A stretch of 63,945 nt of DNA, filler included, from Olpidium bornovanus S191 (Eukaryota; Fungi; Olpidiomycota): the NCBI GenBank assembly GCA_017911155.1. It is 30 parts of 30 records of this genome, joined end to end, with 100 filler letters (N's around TTAATTAATTAA, not from the genome) between each part and the next. Parts side by side here need not be neighbours in the genome. Positions count along the whole stretch, not along the records: positions 62,738 to 63,945 come from JAEFCI010006103.1; 29 more parts are not named here. One strand, written 5' to 3'. Made by a program: the position numbers and the translations under genes. Shown piece by piece: positions 62,942-63,945 of this stretch. The notes under the pieces are model-generated. The model searched no databases. It was given only the letters and a program-made list of their open reading frames with translations, and had not been told where the DNA came from. Numbering within the stretch: position 1 is the first letter of the stretch; every line of letters begins with the position of its first letter.

Positions 62942-63945
62942 GTGGATCCCATGTTTGTCGATAATATTTGCTACACATTTTTATTTGTATTATCAATGAA
63001 TGTGAATATACCTTGAGCTAATAATTATTAGACCCTGTCCAACCACGCCGTAACCTGCTCTCACAACAGGTTGTGAGCCCAACCTTGGTTGATAGACTTT
63101 CTATTTCCTGTATTTCGGACAGAAGCACCATCTTGCGTTGAAACGAGAAAAACGCGTCATTCCACCGAGGAAAAACACCCGGCTCACGTTCTCTTTTCCT
63201 CCTGCACGATTTACGCCGAATGCTGCGCAACGACTTTCAACCATGGCAACGCGCCGTAAGACAGCTCTTCCCGCAGGCTGCGAGGTCGAGTCGTCGGCGG
63301 ACTACCACGGCCGAGTTATCCAGCTCTCGACATGCCTTACGCCACTTCAAATTGAGAAGGAACGTGCCTCCCGCGCTGCGAGCACGATAAGCACAGCGGA
63401 CGGCTTCCACAGCTCCAGCGACGCCACCACGACCGCCGGCAACACTCCCAGCTGTCAGGACGCCTGTGCCGGCTCCCATGCCGGGCGCATTCGCGTTTTT
63501 GACCTCTCTCCCTCGTGGGTCAAGGGCTCCCTTTGACCTGGTCTCCCTGGAGACTTTCGACGGCGCAGACCGCCTTCAATGACGCGGGCTCGGCCCCTTC
63601 TTATGGCCAAGCCACCCGAGGCGATCGCCCAGGAAATGCCGGCGCCGAATCGACGTAGCACCGAGACTTGAGAAAATGGAGGGCCGGACGGCGGCCGGTG
63701 ACGAACGGCTGTACCTGCAGCGTATCCGGCCGGCCACTACAAGACCGCTGGGGCTTCCCATCAGAGTTTCTGCCGTCGAGAATGACTACCACCGCAGTGC
63801 AAGGCGACTGCCAGGTGTGGAAGGACCATCGGCAGGACCTGTGACTGGCCAGGACTCCGTACGGCACAATTCGCTCGCCGTGACTCCCCGTGCGCCACAT
63901 TTACGAACCACGACCGTGACGATGATGACCATACATCGCGCATGA

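Overview
This is eukaryotic, almost certainly fungal, draft genomic DNA, not one locus. It is 30 unrelated short contigs (about 1.0-3.8 kb) joined by 29 artificial 100-nt spacers (N44-TTAATTAATTAA-N44), so nothing across a spacer is synteny, and ORF-track entries containing X runs are artefacts. The DNA is GC-rich and intron-dense, with long homopolymer and microsatellite tracts. Manual splicing recovers these genes: a plasma-membrane syntaxin (SSO/Stx1 type), TOM1/HUWE1, POM152, an apparently complete NoxA-type NADPH oxidase, GLC7/PP1, RPT2, a WDR7-like WD40 protein, DUS2, a class II DAHP synthase, an RSC1/2-like BAH protein, KAP95, a divergent Skp1-family protein, a CTI6-like protein, RPS14, ATP2 and SDA1. 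There are also relics of Ty3/gypsy (gag, chromoviral integrase) and Ty1/copia (RT, RNase H) elements. Pom152, RSC, Cti6 and class II DAHPS point to a fungus. The composition and fragmentation remind me of an early-diverging fungus such as the Olpidium draft; that is an inference needing BLAST. The best novelty candidate is a >1000-aa protein (15141-18304, minus) built from about 13 hierarchical ~60-aa helical repeats (QQxMIRYISNDIL...EIVRYRSNEFL) that I cannot assign to any known family. Other notable items are a 9-nt micro-exon encoding the key residue of the syntaxin N-peptide, a signal-peptide protein with a repeat array upstream, a divergent Skp1 paralogue, an RPS14 intron hairpin, two GC-AG introns, and strong CATG enrichment at contig ends. 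No CRISPR array, rRNA or tRNA gene was recognised.
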